Positions 60,353 to 64,000 of a stretch of DNA of 64,000 nt are shown here, piece by piece. Source of the DNA: Bacteroidia bacterium (GTDB lineage Bacteria > Bacteroidota > Bacteroidia > M30B66). Both the position numbers and the translations under genes were made by a program. The notes under the pieces were generated by a model. That model was not told the origin of the DNA. It saw only the letters and a program-made list of their open reading frames with translations, and did no database searches. The stretch lies in assembly GCA_040882555.1 (NCBI GenBank), contig JBBEBC010000141.1, positions 1,644-65,643 of the forward strand. The letters run 5' to 3'. Numbering within the stretch: the first letter of the stretch is position 1; each line of letters begins with the position of its first letter.

Positions 60353-61774
60353 TTATTGTTTCGATTTAATCAACCTAAAATTAAGTCGCGAGTATATTGC
60401 TAGAAAGAGAGCTAATAAAGCGGAATAATTAGCAAATTTAGGTGGATGGTAGAATTCTACAAAAAGGCTGAACAATTCAGTTGTAAAGAGTGTGATGAAA
60501 TAATATAGGATGGTAAGAGCAAGCAATAACTCGAAAATATGGTTTTTAATTAAGGCGAAATGTTGTTTAAAAAACCTTCCAGCTTTTAAGGCCATAATTA
60601 TGATACTTACATGAATGAATATCGGAAGTATCAATCCAATGAAGCCTAAACGCATGGTGGAACCGTAAATCTGAACTTCGCTAGAAGCATCAAGAGCTAG
60701 ACCGAGAATACTTCCAGACTCTTTCATTGCAATAACCTCGCTCCAAGGAGCTGGATAATAGCCAATTCCCATGAGTGGGTGATCAATAATGATCTGTTTA
60801 ACAAATACTAAATCACCACCACCCGATACTCTGTAATCAGTCAAATTATTTGATTTGTCGGGGTCTAGAAATTGAAAAAGATTTTCAAGAATATCTGCAG
60901 AAAAATCAATGTAAACAGGAAAAAAGACTAATAATAAAAGCAAAGGCAAAAGGAGAAAGTTTATCAGTTTTCTGTACCCCGGCCCGAATGATTTGCCTGA
61001 TATATAGCTTGTTAGAAGAGGTATGCTTATAAGCATAAAAAGAATTCTAATAAACTCCCGTCTGGTTAGCGTAAGCACAATTGTAATGAACATTAATGAA
61101 GTCAAAAGAATGATAACCCTTTGAAAATGCCTAGGTAATCTATCTTTTAAAAACAAGGAAATAATCCCCATCGGCAGGATGTAGTAGGATAAACCATAGC
61201 TCAATAGTGAAATGCGGTCTTCCTCCACAAAGCGAGTGAATTTATAAACTGGAACAATCTCAATCCCTGTGAGAACAGTAAAAAAGAAGGCCAAAAACAT
61301 GAGTGATGCAGTGTAAAGCAGGGGCTTCAATAGCTTATTTATACTCATGTAACCAAATTGATAAACTGCAAGAAATATAAAAGGACAGTATAGGAATTGG
61401 CGGTTTTTCTGCAAGAATAGCATGAAGTCGTTATAACCATAGTGCATCGGCACAAAATAGCCATACACAAAAGTGAAGTAGAGAGAATACACTATAAATA
61501 CAGCCAAATACTGTCGATGAATTCTGAACTTAGTCTCTATTTTCCAGTAGCCTGAAACTCTCCAAGCTACCATCATAAGCACAAAGAATAGGTCGTAAGG
61601 CTTTATTCTACCTAATAAACCCATGTCTAATAAACCAGCAAAAAATCCTCCCGGATCAAAATAGAGTAAAAAGCAGGTCCAAAAAAGGGTGTCAGTATGT
61701 TCCGTGAGCCACTTGAAATATAATAATCCAAAAGCTGTCAGTGCGACTAAAAAAAACACCAAATAAATACTCAT
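60353..61774 (-). CDS. O-antigen ligase/polymerase-family membrane protein (Wzy_C-like)
   Basis: 473 aa with at least 10 TM helices and a larger periplasmic loop in the C-terminal third, as in the Wzy/WaaL family. Confidence 0.5.
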   Translation of the reverse strand: MSIYLVFFLVALTAFGLLYFKWLTEHTDTLFWTCFLLYFDPGGFFAGLLDMGLLGRIKPYDLFFVLMMVAWRVSGYWKIETKFRIHRQYLAVFIVYSLYFTFVYGYFVPMHYGYNDFMLFLQKNRQFLYCPFIFLAVYQFGYMSINKLLKPLLYTASLMFLAFFFTVLTGIEIVPVYKFTRFVEEDRISLLSYGLSYYILPMGIISLFLKDRLPRHFQRVIILLTSLMFITIVLTLTRREFIRILFMLISIPLLTSYISGKSFGPGYRKLINFLLLPLLLLLVFFPVYIDFSADILENLFQFLDPDKSNNLTDYRVSGGGDLVFVKQIIIDHPLMGIGYYPAPWSEVIAMKESGSILGLALDASSEVQIYGSTMRLGFIGLILPIFIHVSIIIMALKAGRFFKQHFALIKNHIFELLLALTILYYFITLFTTELFSLFVEFYHPPKFANYSALLALFLAIYSRLNFRLIKSKQ

Positions 61775-62051
61775 CGGTTAATGACGTATTTATAGATACA
61801 GTTCAAGAAAACAACTGCAATCATTGGGTCTTTTTTGTCTGTTATGCTTTTCAAAACAGCTTGTTTGAATTCTTTTGGTTGACTCGTTTATTGCACAAAT
61901 ATATTCTTTAGCGGCTGTTTGTTTTGAATTAATACTTTAATCAATGCTATCAATCAAAAGCGGCTAAATTCGAATTTTCATACCACAAAAGGACTTGCGC
62001 CTTGCAAAATGATTAGAAAGGTTATTCAAATCATTAATTTGCAAAATAGAT

Positions 62052-62453
62052 TTGAAGCGAATTATGACGAATTTTCATCTCATCTGGGAAAAATGGCTCG
62101 AGAAGCAAAATGCAGAGCATAGAAACTTGGCCCATTATTACGCTAATTTGCTACTTAATGTCGATCACCGAATCTATCCACGCATGAGCTATGGAGCGAG
62201 TTTTTTGTACCGTTTCGGTCCAATTGGTTATTTTAATACGGATAAACAAGGTTTATATTTTGGCTTTTACTGGGGCAAATTATTGCTAGAGTCAAAAGGG
62301 GCAGAGCTTTTTGAACAAGATGATCGAAAGATGGTTAAGCTTGTTAGATTATTGAGTGATTCTCCCTCTGAGGATTTCATTGGTAACTTCTTACTTCTTT
62401 TAGAAAGTGCTCTTGAAATAGATTCTCTAAAATATGAGAAGAATAGGGGGTAG
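62052..62453 (+). CDS. hypothetical protein
   Basis: A 133-aa ORF with no recognised motif. Confidence 0.35.
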   Translation: MKRIMTNFHLIWEKWLEKQNAEHRNLAHYYANLLLNVDHRIYPRMSYGASFLYRFGPIGYFNTDKQGLYFGFYWGKLLLESKGAELFEQDDRKMVKLVRLLSDSPSEDFIGNFLLLLESALEIDSLKYEKNRG

Positions 62454-62531
62454 AAGAGCTCTAAATTTTATATGTAACAAAGGATTAATCCTTATTTCTC
62501 CTTCTCTTTTTCAACTATCTTTGCGCCCGCA

Positions 62532-64000
62532 ATGAAGAACATCCGCAATTTTTGCATTATAGCTCATATCGATCATGGTAAATCAACACTTGCCGATCGT
62601 TTATTGGAATACACCAATACCATTACCAAACGCGAATCTCAGGCGCAGGTGCTGGATGACATGGATTTGGAGAGGGAAAGAGGAATTACCATTAAAAGTA
62701 AAGCCATCAAAATGGAGTATAATTCTCCTGATGGTCAGAAATATATTCTCAATCTGATTGATACTCCTGGTCACGTTGACTTCTCTTATGAAGTTTCTCG
62801 GTCAATTGCTGCATGCGAAGGCGCTCTTCTCATTGTAGATGCCGCTCAAGGTATTCAAGCTCAGACAATTAGTAATCTTTATCTCGCATTAGAACATGAT
62901 TTGGAAATTATACCGGTCATGAACAAAATGGACCTTCCGGGTGCAAATCCAGAGGAAGTTTCAGATCAAATTGTAGATATGATCGGCTGTCGCCGGGAAG
63001 ATATTATTCCTGCTTCCGGTAAAACCGGGATGGGAGTCCACGATATTCTTGAAGCCATTGTTGCAAGAGTTCCAGCTCCTAAAGGTGATCCCGATGGGCC
63101 ACTTCAAGCCTTAATCTTTGATTCAGTATTTAACTCTTTCAGAGGGATTTACGCTTATTTCAGAGTGATGAATGGCTCAATAAAAAAAGGAGATAAGGTG
63201 AAGTTTATGTCCACCGGTAGCACCTATTTCGCAGATGAAATTGGCTTATTGAGACTAAAACCAGAAGCCCGCGATGAAGTTAAAACAGGAGATGTAGGTT
63301 ACTTAATTTCAGGTATTAAGGAGGCCCGGGAGGTAAAAGTTGGTGATACCATCACGCATGTAGACAGACCTTGTGCTTCTCAGATTAAAGGCTTTGAGGA
63401 TGTAAAACCGATGGTTTTTGCTGGTATTTTCCCGGTAGATACTGAAGATTACGAAGAACTCCGTTATTCAATGGAGAAGCTTCAGTTAAATGATGCATCA
63501 CTCACGTTTGAGCCAGAATCATCAGCTGCGCTGGGATTTGGTTTCCGTTGCGGTTTCCTTGGGATGTTGCACATGGAAATTATTCAGGAAAGACTTGAAA
63601 GAGAGTTCGGAATGACTGTAATTACTACTGTTCCCAATGTATCTTATCATGCATATCAAACCAATGGTGATGATATGATTGTTAATAATCCAACAGACCT
63701 TCCCGATCCTAGTAAGTTAGATCGGATTGAAGAACCATACATACGTGCTCAGGTAATTACTAAATCGGAATACACAGGTTCTATAATGACTTTGTGTATC
63801 CAAAAACGAGGTATTCTAGTTAATCAAAATTACCTCACAACCGATCGTGTTGAATTGGTATTTGAGATGCCAATGGGCGAAATCGTTTTCGATTTCTATG
63901 ATAAATTAAAGTCTCTTTCAAGAGGTTATGCTTCATTCGATTATCACCCGATTGACTATCGCGAGTCTAAACTAATCAAGTTAGATTTGATGTTAAATGG
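62532..64000 (+). CDS. lepA: elongation factor 4 (LepA), partial; the N-terminal part is in the window and the gene continues past the 3' edge
   Basis: ATG at 62532. Translation: [31 protein letters not shown]...DTPGHVDF..., the G1-G3 GTPase motifs and LepA-specific blocks. The open frame reaches the window end. Confidence 0.9.
   Translation, partial: MKNIRNFCIIAHIDHGKSTLADRLLEYTNTITKRESQAQVLDDMDLERERGITIKSKAIKMEYNSPDGQKYILNLIDTPGHVDFSYEVSRSIAACEGALLIVDAAQGIQAQTISNLYLALEHDLEIIPVMNKMDLPGANPEEVSDQIVDMIGCRREDIIPASGKTGMGVHDILEAIVARVPAPKGDPDGPLQALIFDSVFNSFRGIYAYFRVMNGSIKKGDKVKFMSTGSTYFADEIGLLRLKPEARDEVKTGDVGYLISGIKEAREVKVGDTITHVDRPCASQIKGFEDVKPMVFAGIFPVDTEDYEELRYSMEKLQLNDASLTFEPESSAALGFGFRCGFLGMLHMEIIQERLEREFGMTVITTVPNVSYHAYQTNGDDMIVNNPTDLPDPSKLDRIEEPYIRAQVITKSEYTGSIMTLCIQKRGILVNQNYLTTDRVELVFEMPMGEIVFDFYDKLKSLSRGYASFDYHPIDYRESKLIKLDLMLN

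Noticed and set aside
61775-62051. Imperfect inverted repeat caaaatgatt…aatcattaatttg upstream of 62052
   Set aside because: The arms are short and imperfect, and I cannot distinguish it from AT-rich background.
1-64000. CRISPR arrays, rRNA or tRNA genes
   Set aside because: There are no regularly spaced direct repeats with unique spacers anywhere in the window. There is no tRNA cloverleaf with a GTTCNANNC T-loop in any intergenic region. The only GGTTCGA-like hit (~2565) lies inside the S41 protease CDS.

Overview
Low-GC chromosomal segment from a Bacteroidetes (Flavobacteriia/Cytophagia-like) bacterium. The phylum call rests on two proteins with T9SS type-A C-terminal sorting domains, the rnpA-yidD pair, a DUF4271/hemD-like pair, WG-repeat and ORF6N proteins, and the absence of Shine-Dalgarno-like spacing. 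Both edges carry partial genes: an alpha/beta hydrolase at the 5' end and lepA at the 3' end.

Positions 1-31 kb are mostly housekeeping:
- GPx, two S41 C-terminal processing proteases, RnpA/YidD, and a hemD-like gene.
- A minus-strand operon: MMPL transporter, RfbA, NAD-epimerase, polyprenyl synthetase; a radical-SAM/SPASM gene converges on its 3' end.
- DinB, RNase G, HU, MutY, SSB, heme A synthase, citrate synthase, dCMP deaminase, DsbD.
- A 29-aa highly basic ORF upstream of RNase G, missing from the ORF track, which looks like ribosomal protein bS22.

Positions 31.3-40.6 kb form a small accessory stretch:
- A tandem family of small secreted 'YES(R/Q)A(D/G)'-repeat proteins. One copy is truncated and decayed next to an ORF6N (KilA-N-like) gene.
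- An outer-membrane beta-barrel protein.
- A 500-bp AT-rich leader followed by a lipoprotein gene and a 1116-aa WG-repeat protein gene, apparently one operon.

Positions 40.6-61.8 kb are a 21-kb surface-polysaccharide (O-antigen/capsule-type) locus. It has Wza/Wzc, a Wzx flippase, a Wzy/ligase-like membrane protein, several GT4/GT2 glycosyltransferases, UDP-GlcNAc 2-epimerase, DUF354, a HisH/HisF-like pair, and two paralogous PP-loop N-acetyl-sugar amidotransferases at opposite ends.

I found no CRISPR array, rRNA or convincing tRNA. A GC-rich, repeat-containing island between ctaA and a methyltransferase gene is a possible structured RNA or regulatory element. I did not recognise any defence system, and I think the window holds a few moderately interesting accessory features rather than a clear novel system.
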